A stretch of DNA of 64,000 nucleotides from IMG/VR virus record IMGVR_UViG_2915177872_000003, positions 4,584-68,583 of that record. The stretch is one strand, 5' to 3'. The translations under genes and the position numbers were made by a program. Below the pieces are notes generated by a model. It searched no databases. It saw only the letters and a list, made by a program, of their open reading frames with translations, and was not told where the DNA came from. This document shows positions 46,470-56,244 of this stretch, piece by piece (the stretch's first letter is position 1; every line of letters begins with the position of its first letter). The DNA is from a virus. Its lineage: Duplodnaviria; Caudoviricetes.

Positions 46470-46483
46470 TTTCTGGAGAGTTG

Positions 46484-46975
46484 ATGAAACGAGTTGCCTA
46501 TATCGCGGCAGTGGCCATGCTTGCTACTTTGGCTGCTGGAATTGCGGCGTACGCCAATTACGATGAATGGTTCATCCTGCCGAAGGCTCGAAAACTTGTC
46601 GCTGACAAACTAAACGACCCGCTCAGTGCGCAGTTTCGCAATGACCGCCTGATTGCCGAAAACTGGCACTGCGGAGAAGTAAATGGAAAAAATGCGATGG
46701 GCGGCTACGTCGGGTTTAGGCGTTTCATCTCTGGGAGGATCAACAAAGAAGTCTACCTGGAGCGCACTGGCATGGTTGGCGAAGAAACGACCGCTGAGGT
46801 GCTACTGCTGGCCGACAAAGTAATAGCACGCATGAAGGCCCAGAACGAAATGAAGGCGAGAGACCCCGACTTCAAATACCCGAATGAGTCAGATGCTGAT
46901 CGCTATGATCGTGCGCGCGGCGAAGTGTTCGAAGATCACTGGAAGGCTATTTGCGAGGCCAAGAGCATATCATAG
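46484..46975 (+). CDS. Membrane-anchored/secreted moron protein
   Basis: N-terminal TM segment; LNDPLSAQFR...CGEVNGKNAMGGYVGF motif. Confidence 0.75.
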   Translation: MKRVAYIAAVAMLATLAAGIAAYANYDEWFILPKARKLVADKLNDPLSAQFRNDRLIAENWHCGEVNGKNAMGGYVGFRRFISGRINKEVYLERTGMVGEETTAEVLLLADKVIARMKAQNEMKARDPDFKYPNESDADRYDRARGEVFEDHWKAICEAKSIS

Positions 46976-47058
46976 TGATAATTAGATAGTTTTCTAATGG
47001 TCAACAAACCATATAATTCAACTACGAAACGGCACGTCCTTGCCGCAGCAGGAATTAT

Positions 47059-47220
47059 ATGAAAACTATCGTTATCTACCTGTCACTTATCGTATTGATT
47101 TCGCTCACCGGCTGTGGCGGTGGGAATGGTGGCGATGATACCGTTCAGTGCAAGGATGGTTGGATTTCGCACTCGAAGGATAAGCAGGGCGCGTGCTCTT
47201 CCCATGGCGGTGTTGCATAA
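47059..47220 (+). CDS. 53-aa lipoprotein with a DUF3761-like domain (below the ORF-track cutoff)
   Basis: MKTIVIYLSLIVLISLTG-C lipobox; CKDGWISHS....GACSSHGGV; AGGA RBS. Confidence 0.8.
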   Translation: MKTIVIYLSLIVLISLTGCGGGNGGDDTVQCKDGWISHSKDKQGACSSHGGVA

Positions 47221-47278
47221 AAAATAGTCCGCGCACCATCCGATACGCAACCATATCCCACCTCCGCGAAGGACCGCG

Positions 47279-47590
47279 ATGAGAACTTTGCTCACCACCC
47301 TGCTTCTGGCGGCCTCCTTGGTCGCCCCAGCCTTCGCCCAGCTGGCGCCGCCGGCCAGCGCTCCTACTGTACCCGCTGCGCCGAAGAAAGCCGAACCAAA
47401 CGAAGCCGACCTGCAGACGCACAACCACTACGTGAACAAGGCTGGCCAGGATGTGCACTCGCCGGCGAAGAGCGTCGACGGCAAGGTGCCGGCCGGCGCC
47501 AGCGCGAAGTGCCGAGATGGCAGCTACAGCTTCAGTAAGAGTCGGCGCGGGACGTGTTCGCGGCATGGTGGTGTCGCGGCTTGGTTGTAG
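47279..47590 (+). CDS. Secreted DUF3761 protein
   Basis: Signal peptide; ASAKCRDGSYSFSKSRRGTCSRHGGVAAW. Confidence 0.85.
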   Translation: MRTLLTTLLLAASLVAPAFAQLAPPASAPTVPAAPKKAEPNEADLQTHNHYVNKAGQDVHSPAKSVDGKVPAGASAKCRDGSYSFSKSRRGTCSRHGGVAAWL

Positions 47591-47721
47591 TTTAGAAGAT
47601 CACTGGAAGGCTATTCGCCACGAGCACGCGACGTCATCGTGACAATTCGTTAGATTTCCAATTATCAATAAATCATATAATCGTGATATGCGGCGGTGCC
47701 GAAAAGCATTGAGAGGCTAAA

Positions 47722-48042
47722 GTGGGCTTTCGCTTTCGAAGAACTATCAAGATTCTCCCTGGGGTCAAGGTCAACATCAGCAAGTCAGGCTTCAGCACAT
47801 CAATCGGCGGCCCGGGCGCCACGGTCAACATAAAGCGCGGCCGAAAAACCAAGACCACTCTCGGAGTACCTGGCACCGGAATTTCACATACGAGCTACTC
47901 TGGCGAGGGCGCCTCTCGCGCTCGGCAATCGAAAACTGAGAATGTGCGAGATTGCGACCAGCCACAAACAAACTGGCGCGATGTCATTGTCGGCATTGGC
48001 TTCCTCGTGCTCATCGGCGTGATTGCCAAGGCCTGCTCATGA
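47722..48042 (+). CDS. DUF4236 protein with C-terminal TM segment
   Basis: MGFRFRRTIKILPGVKVNISKSGFSTSIG. Confidence 0.85.
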   Translation: MGFRFRRTIKILPGVKVNISKSGFSTSIGGPGATVNIKRGRKTKTTLGVPGTGISHTSYSGEGASRARQSKTENVRDCDQPQTNWRDVIVGIGFLVLIGVIAKACS

Positions 48043-48144
48043 TGACAAGATGCCCTCGTATTGACGTATTAGGGAGTGGCAAGAAAGGACCCCATTCGCC
48101 ATCCGATGCAAGGCAAACTCACACCAATCATAATTTAAATTCCC

Positions 48145-48363
48145 ATGAGCGAAAAATCTAGCGTAGCTGCAACAATCGAAGGAATCACGGCGATAGGAAT
48201 CGCTTGGATCGATTTGACGAATTTATTAATAAAATCAAACGTTATCAAAAAAGAAGAAATCCAAAAATTGCTTCAAGTTAATATTGAAACCGCGAATGCA
48301 AATGACCAGCAAACAGCTCAGAAAATGTTTGCAGCGCTGAGTGGAGCGCTAACCAATGAGTAA
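48145..48363 (+). CDS. Small AT-rich hypothetical protein
   Basis: 72 aa; overlaps the next start codon. Confidence 0.55.
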   Translation: MSEKSSVAATIEGITAIGIAWIDLTNLLIKSNVIKKEEIQKLLQVNIETANANDQQTAQKMFAALSGALTNE

Positions 48364-48784
48364 TGTCAAGCAACTAAGAGACTTCAACGCGATTAGGAAC
48401 GCGGTTTCAGGGGAATCGTTTGACGGTGGGGACGGAGGTGGCTATGATGGCCGCATGGAAGCCCGCATAGCAAAGCTCGAAGAATTCGCCACCGACGCCA
48501 AGGAGCGCTTGGTGAAGATCGAGTCACGCCTGGAGCAGACGGCTACAAAGTCTGATATTTCCGACCTCAAGGCTGACCTGCACAAGTCCAGCACCGATAT
48601 TACGCGCTGGATGTTGGCCACGGTGATCTCGCTGTTCTTGGGGTTTGCAGGCCTGTTCTTCACCATGAGCAACGCGTCGAAGTCTGCGGCAGTGCCGCAG
48701 TCGCCTGTGACCGTATATACACAGGCACCTCCGGCACCTGCGCCTATCGCACCAGCATCCGCTGCTGCGTCGGATCACAAATGA
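48356..48784 (+). CDS. Coiled-coil + C-terminal TM protein
   Basis: MEARIAKLE...ATKSDI..LKADL..WMLATVISLF pattern. Confidence 0.7.
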   Translation: MSNVKQLRDFNAIRNAVSGESFDGGDGGGYDGRMEARIAKLEEFATDAKERLVKIESRLEQTATKSDISDLKADLHKSSTDITRWMLATVISLFLGFAGLFFTMSNASKSAAVPQSPVTVYTQAPPAPAPIAPASAAASDHK

Positions 48785-48785
48785 G

Positions 48786-48811
48786 AAAAGCCCCGCTAGT
48801 CGGGGCTTTTT
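48786..48811. terminator. Bidirectional terminator
   Basis: AAAAGCCCCG-CTAGT-CGGGGCTTTT between convergent genes. Confidence 0.8.
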
Positions 48812-48860
48812 AACGACCTGAGCAAACCCGTGCACCAACTGATGCGCAGGCCGGATGGTG

Positions 48861-49454
48861 CTACACCAGCTTGGGCTGCACCTTATCCTTGAGATCCGCA
48901 AGCTCCGGATCGATCACCTTCTTTTCGCGCTTGCGCAGGTTCAGCCCCTTTGCGTGATAGCTACCACGCCGTTTGCTGTCCTTGTCCTCCAGTTCCAACT
49001 CCATGCAGCGGTAGCGTAGGCCATCGCGCTGATTTTTTATGTAGGCGGCCATAGCGTTGAACGCCTTGATATATGCGATCTTGAAGCCGAGCGCCCGCTT
49101 GCCTGTGAAGCCCATTGCGAGTAGCGTAAATCCATCTCGGCTCATCGCAAACCCGGGCGAAGCGATCGACTCACCCCCGGATGGATTTGGCCGCATCTCA
49201 ACCGTCGGCTCAAAATTGAGCAGACGGTCCTCCTCGGGAATCTGGTCAATCAGCGCACGGATATCTCGCATCACGTTTTTGTGGTGCTTGCCGAAGGCCA
49301 TCGCGACCTGCTGAGAGGTCGTCGTCAAACGCTCACCGTCTGCCCTGATGAAGTACAGAAAATTCAGCTCTGGCACGCTTACCCTGGCCATTACCTCGTC
49401 TGCATTTCCCCTAGCGGCAGCCGCCAACAACTCTTCTGATACTCGATCGTTCAT
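48861..49454 (-). CDS. rha: Rha family phage regulatory protein
   Basis: TTSQQVAMAFGKHHKNVMRDI and MSRDGFTLLAMGFTGKRALGFKIAYIKAFNAM. Confidence 0.9.
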   Translation of the reverse strand: MNDRVSEELLAAAARGNADEVMARVSVPELNFLYFIRADGERLTTTSQQVAMAFGKHHKNVMRDIRALIDQIPEEDRLLNFEPTVEMRPNPSGGESIASPGFAMSRDGFTLLAMGFTGKRALGFKIAYIKAFNAMAAYIKNQRDGLRYRCMELELEDKDSKRRGSYHAKGLNLRKREKKVIDPELADLKDKVQPKLV

Positions 49455-49669
49455 GCCCTACTCCTATGTGGTTGGATTGAGGATGCGCTTGCTTACGTCA
49501 ATACATACATCGTTGAAGTTGCCGTAGGCGCATTCCCGCATCCATCGCGGCAAACCAGAGCAGGCCCAAGGCTATCACGAGAAGCTGTCTGGCATAAGGT
49601 CTTGTCAGGCCGCGTGAAGTGACTGAACAAAAAAAGCCGCCCCCAGGCGGCCTCGCGAAGCGCTGTGCT

Positions 49670-50383
49670 TTAGGCGCGCGTCTGGCGCCGACGCGCAACG
49701 GCACCGACAAGACCCAGGCCGAGAAGCAGCATGGCGTAGGTCTCTGGTTCCGGGACGGCTACCACTGGGTTTGCGTAGGTGATCGAGTAAGCAAACTCGT
49801 GAACGCGAGCATTGAAAATTGGATTGCTGCCGGCGATCCCTTCCGACATCGTGAACGAAAGCCTATCGGCAGAAAGGTTGGTTGTAGGGGTGTAAGAAAT
49901 TACAGCATTTGAGTTGCCGTAAGTAATACTAGCGGAGGCGGTGTAGCTACCTATCGGCGAGGAAAAATTCACCGGGTTGGCGCCAGTTGGGATACCCTCT
50001 CCCGAGTTAGCGCCGCCAATGTCGAGTTGCAGCCAGGTGATCAGCGCACCGTTCACCCGCGCGGTGGTAAGAAAACTGACTGGCGTCGAAATTTTAAAAT
50101 AGTCGGTCGTGCTGGTGGCGCCGACTACCTCCCAAGAGGAAACAGTATATGCCTGGCCGTTTTCGCCGGCTGCTGCAAAAGTAGTGGTCTCGCCAAATAC
50201 AGTGCTAAGAGCGGTGCCGAGAATGTAACCTTCGGTTCCCGAGCTATTGAATCCAGCAATGGAGAAAGTAAAGGTGTCACCGGACTTCACTCCTGCATTG
50301 GCGCTTTGAGCGAATAAAAGCGCCGCGGCGCTAGCGAGGAGGCACGCCAGCGGGCGCGCGCGAAAGACTTTGGACGGAACCAT
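49670..50383 (-). CDS. PEP-CTERM sorting-domain protein
   Basis: Signal peptide ending ANA; C-terminal VPEPETYAMLLLGLGLVGAVARRR. Confidence 0.92.
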   Translation of the reverse strand: MVPSKVFRARPLACLLASAAALLFAQSANAGVKSGDTFTFSIAGFNSSGTEGYILGTALSTVFGETTTFAAAGENGQAYTVSSWEVVGATSTTDYFKISTPVSFLTTARVNGALITWLQLDIGGANSGEGIPTGANPVNFSSPIGSYTASASITYGNSNAVISYTPTTNLSADRLSFTMSEGIAGSNPIFNARVHEFAYSITYANPVVAVPEPETYAMLLLGLGLVGAVARRRQTRA

Positions 50384-50703
50384 TGAGCATCCCTATTTAA
50401 TTGATTTCGTATCGAAAAAGAGTACGCCAAGCGTGGATTGCCACTAAAACTAGGCTTTTAAATAACATCGATGACATTAGCATAAAATCATCGCTCGGGA
50501 TGTAGCGTAAACGTGCTACATCGGCGCACTTCATCGCTGCCTTTCGGCCGCCCCTTGCCCGGTAACCTTCTTTTCTTCGGGCACTTCAACACCGCCAACA
50601 TTATCAAGCATATCAATACGGATGAGATCGACTGGCGGCCGGCTGTGCTGCCCGTAGAAGCCAAAGAGATGCCGTTCTAGCGAAGCACAAAAATTTATTC
50701 AAT

Positions 50704-50750
50704 ATTATTAGTCCGACTGTTGACTTAAATAAGTAGTCCGACTAATATTA
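50704..50750 (+). promoter_or_regulatory. pL-like promoter with two operators
   Basis: TTGACT(50720)-17-TAATAT(50743); ATTAGTCCGACTGTTG is the exact reverse complement of the oR site CAACAGTCGGACTAAT. Confidence 0.88.
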
Positions 50751-50895
50751 CTTCATCGACGCACCAACCCCGATGGAGAACGAAATGTCCCAAGCCGAAC
50801 TGAAAGCCCTTTCCGACGCAGCAGCCGCTGCTGGCGACGTTGTTCCTTCCTTCGATTTCAGCACCGCGGCCGCGCCGGCGACGCTGGGTTAATCC

Positions 50896-51249
50896 ATGAA
50901 CGCTCCGATTTCCGCCGCCCTGCTCCAGCTGCGCGCCAACGCGCCGGCGGCGCGCGTGCAACCGACCGTGCCGCATAACGCGCGCCTTCTGGCCAGCGCC
51001 TACGAGCATGACGGCATCTACCTGGACTTGCGCGGCGTGCTGGACAGCGCCGGCTACGACGTTGAAGACGTTTCGCTGGCTGGCAGCACGGTGGCGCTCA
51101 CCGCGCTTTTCTCCCGCGACCAGTTGCGCCAGATGTCCGATTGGTGCGACGAGCACCTCCCGAGCGCCCACGCGCTGCAGCTGGTGTCGCAGCAGGAATC
51201 GCGCGCCGAGCGCCTGCAGTGGGAACGCCACGCCAGCGAGCCGCCTTGA
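50896..51249 (+). CDS. Early hypothetical protein
   Basis: 117 aa; follows a 35-aa ORF at 50785..50892. Confidence 0.6.
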   Translation: MNAPISAALLQLRANAPAARVQPTVPHNARLLASAYEHDGIYLDLRGVLDSAGYDVEDVSLAGSTVALTALFSRDQLRQMSDWCDEHLPSAHALQLVSQQESRAERLQWERHASEPP

Positions 51250-51391
51250 TTTTGACAGTCGCCGCACGCTGAAAGTGCGGACGGGCCGGCGGGCCAGCAT
51301 AAACGCCCTGTGGGATCAGCATGCCCCGACTGCGCCGCGCGGTCGACCCATCCCGGGCAAGCGCGGCACCAACCAACGAAAGGAGGTAAGC

Positions 51392-51565
51392 ATGGCGGAA
51401 TTCAAAAAAGGCGCGGCAGTCAAGGCGCGTAGCTCGAAGAGCGGCAAGGTCACCGAAGGCAAGTTCGTCGCCGAGCATCCGGCAGCCAAGGGCGTGTTTC
51501 TGGAAGTCGACCACGGCGACGGCGTGACCAAGAAGTATCGCCCATCGCAGGTGACTGCGACCTGA
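51392..51565 (+). CDS. 57-aa SH3/KOW-like small protein
   Basis: AGGAGG RBS; MAEFKKGAAVKARS..GKVTEGK. Confidence 0.65.
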   Translation: MAEFKKGAAVKARSSKSGKVTEGKFVAEHPAAKGVFLEVDHGDGVTKKYRPSQVTAT

Positions 51566-51569
51566 TCGC

Positions 51570-51840
51570 CGGCGCGGCCAGCAGCATGGCCGCGCACCTG
51601 ACCTGCGCCAGGCACGCGCAGGAACCATATACCCAGCCCTTGCCCTCGTAAGCCTAACAACGGCTTGCGCGAAGGCGAAAGCGCAGGCCGAGACACGGCG
51701 AGGGACGACAGGGGCTGGCTATGTGGTGAACCAGTAGGGAATGCGTCAGTACGCTCCGCGTCGACGGCGCCAATACCGAAGCACCACACGCAGCGAGCGG
51801 CGTACGCGCTCCCCAAACAACGAAGTCAATAGGGAGCGCA
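51570..51840 (+). ncRNA. Candidate structured RNA (four-way junction plus hairpins)
   Basis: Nested stems CCAGCCCTTG/CAGGGGCTGG, CCCTCG/CGAGGG, AAGCC/GGCTT, TGCGC/GCGCA and CCG/CGG in an intergenic stretch. Confidence 0.5.
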
Positions 51841-52384
51841 GGATGAACAGCACGAATCACTGGCAAGCGAAATACCCGGGCGGCCTTTTCTGGACCAACG
51901 TGCCGGCGGTCCTCGTACAAAACCTAATTGCCTGCGGCTTCAAGGTGCGCCCTCCACGCGCTGCAAGCCTCTCGCAAACGCAGGTGTTTGCATGATGGCG
52001 CGCATCCTCTTCGGCACGCCCGGCGACTGGTGTAGCCGCCACCCGCGAGTAATGCTCAGTGCCGTGTCTTTGCTGACCGCGCTGTCGCAGTGGCTGGTTG
52101 ATCTCGTGCTGCCAGCGGTTGCGCCGTGAAGAAATTGCGTGACGCCCTGATCGTCGCTCTGCTGGGCACGCTGATCGGCTCCGCCTATGCCTACATGCGG
52201 CAGTCCGACGAAGAGGCGGCGCTGCGCGACCAGGCGGTGTGGGCCGGCAAGGCGGATAAATGACCGCCCTCGCCGACTTCGCCAGCCAGGCGCTGCGCAA
52301 CCTGCGCGCCGGCCACCGCCCGCAACACGCTGTACGCCTTGCCGTGCTCAATGCAGCTTTGACGAAGTTAGACCGGAGAACGAA

Positions 52385-53266
52385 ATGGGAAGCATGAACG
52401 AAGTACTGGAGATGGATACGGCGCCGAGCCAGTCGACGGCCATCGCGGCATCGGCTGCGCACCAGGTGGCCGCCCAAGCATCGCGCCCAGTCGCCACGAA
52501 TGCATTCGAATTGGTGGCACATGCCGCCGCGCGCGGCGCGTCGATGGATGAACTGCGCACCTTCATCGAACTGCAAGAACGCCTGGAGGCGAATCAGGCC
52601 CGCAAAGCCTACGTTGCCGCGATGGCGGAGTTCAAGCGCACTCCGCCGCAGATAATGAAAGACAAAGCCGTCGGCTACTACAACAAGGACGGCAGCTTCA
52701 CCGGCTACCGCCACTCGACACTGGGCGCAGTGTGCGGCGCGGTAGTCGAGGCCTTGGGCACGCACGGCTTCTCCCACCGCTGGGACACCGAACAACCGGA
52801 CAGCGGCATGATCGCAGTCACCTGCGCGATCACCCACGCAATGGGGCACTGCGAAACGACGCGCATGGTAGCGCCGCCGGACAACTCGGGCAAGAAAAAT
52901 GCCATCCAGCAGGTCGCGTCGACTATCACCTACCTGCAGCGCTACACCCTGCTGGCCGCATGTGGCCTCGCCACCAACGAGCAACTGGACGACGACGGAC
53001 GCGGCGGCGCTGACAACCCGCAAGCTGATGTGCCGCACACCGGCGCGGATGGCGAACGCAAGCCGCAACCAGAAGGCCCGCCGCCATGCAGTGACCAGCA
53101 ATTCGAAGTCGAAGCTCCGAAATGGCGCAAGACTGTCGAGGGCGGCAAGAAAACGCCGGAACAGCTGCTTGCGATGGTGAGCACGCGCGCCACGTTCACT
53201 GAAGCACAGAAAAAAGCAATCCTGTCCTGGAAACAAAAACCGGCTTCGGCCGCCAACGAGGAATAA
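52385..53266 (+). CDS. ERF-family ssDNA annealing protein
   Basis: ASTITYLQRYTLLAACGLA....DDDG. Confidence 0.88.
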   Translation: MGSMNEVLEMDTAPSQSTAIAASAAHQVAAQASRPVATNAFELVAHAAARGASMDELRTFIELQERLEANQARKAYVAAMAEFKRTPPQIMKDKAVGYYNKDGSFTGYRHSTLGAVCGAVVEALGTHGFSHRWDTEQPDSGMIAVTCAITHAMGHCETTRMVAPPDNSGKKNAIQQVASTITYLQRYTLLAACGLATNEQLDDDGRGGADNPQADVPHTGADGERKPQPEGPPPCSDQQFEVEAPKWRKTVEGGKKTPEQLLAMVSTRATFTEAQKKAILSWKQKPASAANEE

Positions 53267-53268
53267 TC

Positions 53269-55149
53269 ATGCAGCGCGAAAGCACACTGACCCGCGAAAT
53301 CCGCCATCTGCTGCAAGGCAGCGACGAATGGCACGCATTCCGCTTCAACCACCACGGCGCCAGCGAAGCTGCAGCCGCCATGGGTCTTTCGAAGCACACC
53401 ACACGTTCCGAACTCGTACGCATGAAGGCTACCGGCCTGGCCAAAGAGTTCAGCGACTGGGTGCAGGAGAACATTCTGGATAAAGGCCATGAGGTGGAGG
53501 CGATGGCGCGCCCACTCGCTGAACGGATCATTGGTGAAGACCTCTATCCCGTGACTCTGTCGCTGGGTACGATGGGCGCCTCCTGCGATGGCCTGACCAT
53601 GGATGAAAGTATCGGCTGGGAGCACAAGCAGTGGAACGCCGAGCTGGCCGGATCCCTCCGCGCCGGCGTTCTGCCAGAAGAGCATGCACCACAGGTCTAC
53701 CAGCAGTTGTTGGTTTCGGGCGCCGAGAAGTGGTTGTTCATGACGTCCGACGGCACCGAACAGAACATGGTGTATCTGTGGGTCCACCCAGATGCGAACT
53801 GGTTTTCACGCGTAGTGGCAAGCTGGGAGCAGATCGACGTCGATGTCACCAACTACACTCAGGTCGACCACGCGCTGAAGCCAGAGGCCGCGCCGGCCGC
53901 CGCCCTGCCCGCGCTGCTCGTCCAGACCGAAGGCAAGGTCGTCAGCAGCAACCTGATGGTCTATCAGAAGGCGGCGGACAAGTTCCTGTCGACGATCAAG
54001 ACCGACCTGCAGGATGACCAGGACTTCGCCGACGCCGAGTACAACGTCAAATTCTGCGGCGAGGCCGAGCAGAAACTGGAACTTGCCAAGGCCGCCGCGC
54101 TGGCACAGACCTCGACCATCGACGAAGTGCTGCGCACGGTCGATCACATCAAAGCGCAGTTCCGCGCCAAGCGCCTCGAACTGGAAAAGCTGGTCAAGAC
54201 GCGCAAAGAACAGATCAAGGAAACCATCCTGAACGAAGGCAAACGCGACTATGCGGACCACGTCGCGACGCTGGAGAAGGAAATCGTCCCGCTGCGCCTG
54301 TCGCTGCCGCAGCCGGATTTCGCCGGCGCCATGAAGAGTCTCCGCACTCTGGCCAGCCTACACAACGCCGTCAACACGACGCTGGCCAACGCCAAGGTCG
54401 CCGCCAACCAGCAGGCCGCCGACTACCGCACCAAGCAGGCCTGGTGCAAAGAGCATGCCGCCGGCTACGGCCACCTGTTCATGGACATGGCGCAGATCAT
54501 CGGCAAGGCGATGGACGACTTCCAACTGGTGGTGACCACCCGCATCGATAAGCACAAGGCCGACGAAAAAGCCAAGGAGGATGCGCTGCGCGCGCAGATC
54601 GCGGCCCAGGAGCAGGCAAAGGCCGAGGCAGCCGCCGCCGAGAAACTGGCAGCCGAGCGTAAAGCTGACGCCGATCGCCAAGCCACCGAACAGGCGCGTG
54701 TCGCCGCCGAAACGAAACGCCAACTCGAAGCGCAGGCCGCGCAGACCGCCGCCCAGCGCCAGGCCGAAGAGCAGCGCGCGCAGCAGCCCGCCCAGACCGG
54801 GCGTCCGACCACCGCTGCCGCTGCAATCGCCCAAGCCACCGCGCTCGCCGAACAGGCGCGCCTGACCGACTTGGCAGACGCACAGGTCGCGGCCATCCAG
54901 CCAGCGCCGGCCGGCGACCTGTTCGACCAGCCAGCCACCGTGCCGATCACGCCGCCAACGCTACGCCTCGGCCAGATCAACGAGCGCATCGCGCCACTGA
55001 CCATCACCGTCGACGGCTTGCGCGCCTTGGGCTTCGAGCCGGCCGCCACCGACCGCGCATCGAAGCTGTACCACGAAGCCGACTTCCCTCGCATGTGCGC
55101 CGCCATGGTGCGCCACATCAGCGCGGCACAGGCGAAATCCGCAGCATAA
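53269..55149 (+). CDS. YqaJ/lambda-exonuclease family protein with long coiled-coil extension
   Basis: QGSDEWHAFR...GASEA, GHEVE, GASCDG, WEHK and QVYQQL motifs. Confidence 0.88.
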   Translation: MQRESTLTREIRHLLQGSDEWHAFRFNHHGASEAAAAMGLSKHTTRSELVRMKATGLAKEFSDWVQENILDKGHEVEAMARPLAERIIGEDLYPVTLSLGTMGASCDGLTMDESIGWEHKQWNAELAGSLRAGVLPEEHAPQVYQQLLVSGAEKWLFMTSDGTEQNMVYLWVHPDANWFSRVVASWEQIDVDVTNYTQVDHALKPEAAPAAALPALLVQTEGKVVSSNLMVYQKAADKFLSTIKTDLQDDQDFADAEYNVKFCGEAEQKLELAKAAALAQTSTIDEVLRTVDHIKAQFRAKRLELEKLVKTRKEQIKETILNEGKRDYADHVATLEKEIVPLRLSLPQPDFAGAMKSLRTLASLHNAVNTTLANAKVAANQQAADYRTKQAWCKEHAAGYGHLFMDMAQIIGKAMDDFQLVVTTRIDKHKADEKAKEDALRAQIAAQEQAKAEAAAAEKLAAERKADADRQATEQARVAAETKRQLEAQAAQTAAQRQAEEQRAQQPAQTGRPTTAAAAIAQATALAEQARLTDLADAQVAAIQPAPAGDLFDQPATVPITPPTLRLGQINERIAPLTITVDGLRALGFEPAATDRASKLYHEADFPRMCAAMVRHISAAQAKSAA

Positions 55150-55172
55150 CCACCAACCACCAGGAGAACAGC

Positions 55173-55487
55173 ATGCACACCGCAAATTCCATCCCGCTGA
55201 TGAAGGTCACCTCGTCGCAGATCGCCGCCATCGGCCACAATCCTGCCACCGAGACCTTGGCCATCCAGTTCTTCCACAAGGGCGCGCCGGGCAACGTGTA
55301 CCACTATCACAACTTCAGCGCTGCGGAATACACCGCCTTCGCCGGCGCGGAGTCGATCGGCCGCCATTTCAAGCAGCACATCAAGCCGCACGCCCAGAAG
55401 CACCCGTACCAGAACATGGGCGTGCCGTCGGCGACGCCGGCCGCCGAGGTCGCGGTGGAGCAGCAGAAGCAGGAGCAAGCAGCGTGA
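55173..55487 (+). CDS. KTSC domain protein
   Basis: VTSSQIAAIGHNPATETLAIQF...YHY......Y..F..AESIGRHF. Confidence 0.85.
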   Translation: MHTANSIPLMKVTSSQIAAIGHNPATETLAIQFFHKGAPGNVYHYHNFSAAEYTAFAGAESIGRHFKQHIKPHAQKHPYQNMGVPSATPAAEVAVEQQKQEQAA

Positions 55488-55729
55488 ACGATCACGACAT
55501 CACCAAGGAAGGCATTCGGGTGAAACCCGGTCAAGTGTGGCTGGACTTCGATAAGCGTACGAACGGCGGGAAGCGCACCGTCACGGTCGACCGTGTAGTT
55601 GATGGCGGTGCCTTCGTTACCACGAATGGTGTCACCAAAGCCAACGGGAAGCCGTACACCTCGCGCCTGTCCGTCCGCCGCATGCACAAAGGTGCCACCG
55701 GCTGGGCGCTGGTATCGGAGGCACCATGA
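55484..55729 (+). CDS. Small hypothetical protein
   Basis: GTG overlaps the upstream stop; VKPGQVWLDFDKR. Confidence 0.6.
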   Translation: MNDHDITKEGIRVKPGQVWLDFDKRTNGGKRTVTVDRVVDGGAFVTTNGVTKANGKPYTSRLSVRRMHKGATGWALVSEAP

Positions 55730-55757
55730 CCACCGCACGCTTCGCGGGAGCACCGCC

Positions 55758-56219
55758 TTGACAGAAATCGTGCTGATGAAGGTCTCCAACATCCTGGTGC
55801 CGCACGACGAGGCTGCGGCGGCCTTCATCCAGAAAATGAAAGCCGGCGAACTGACCCACGCCGATTTCAAGCGGGTCAGGAACTACAAGTTTCACAAGAA
55901 GTACTTCGCCCTGCTCGACTTCGCGTTCGAGCAGTGGGAGCCCAGCGGCCAGCTCACCTATCAGGGCATGCCGGTGGCGAAGAACAAAGAGCGCTTCCGC
56001 AAGGATCTGATCATCCTGGCCGGCTTCTACGAGTCGACGGTGAATATCCGGAGCGAAGTCCGGCTGGAGGCGAAGAGCATTTCCTTCGCCGTGATGGACG
56101 AAATCGAATTTGAACGGCTGTACAACGCGACCGTGGACGTGATCCTGCGGCGCATTTTGACCAGATACACCAGGCAGGACCTGGACAACGTGATCAACCA
56201 GCTGCTGGCATTTACCTGA
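55758..56219 (+). CDS. DUF1367 family protein
   Basis: RNYKFHKKYFALLDFAFE...AKSISFA.MDEIEFE.LY; TTG start with GGGAG RBS. Confidence 0.8.
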   Translation: MTEIVLMKVSNILVPHDEAAAAFIQKMKAGELTHADFKRVRNYKFHKKYFALLDFAFEQWEPSGQLTYQGMPVAKNKERFRKDLIILAGFYESTVNIRSEVRLEAKSISFAVMDEIEFERLYNATVDVILRRILTRYTRQDLDNVINQLLAFT

Positions 56220-56244
56220 GCCGGCAGCATAGACAAGGACCATC

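Larger units (their letters stand above)
46931..47681 (+). repeat. 87-bp imperfect direct repeats (46931..47017 and 47595..47681)
   Basis: Identical 21-mer GAAGATCACTGGAAGGCTATT; both copies end in CATATAAT and have the same length. Confidence 0.85.

Noticed and set aside
50520-50680. Open frame ending ...VEAKEMPF* upstream of pL
   Set aside because: No start codon or RBS found; at most a gene remnant, and too short to assign.
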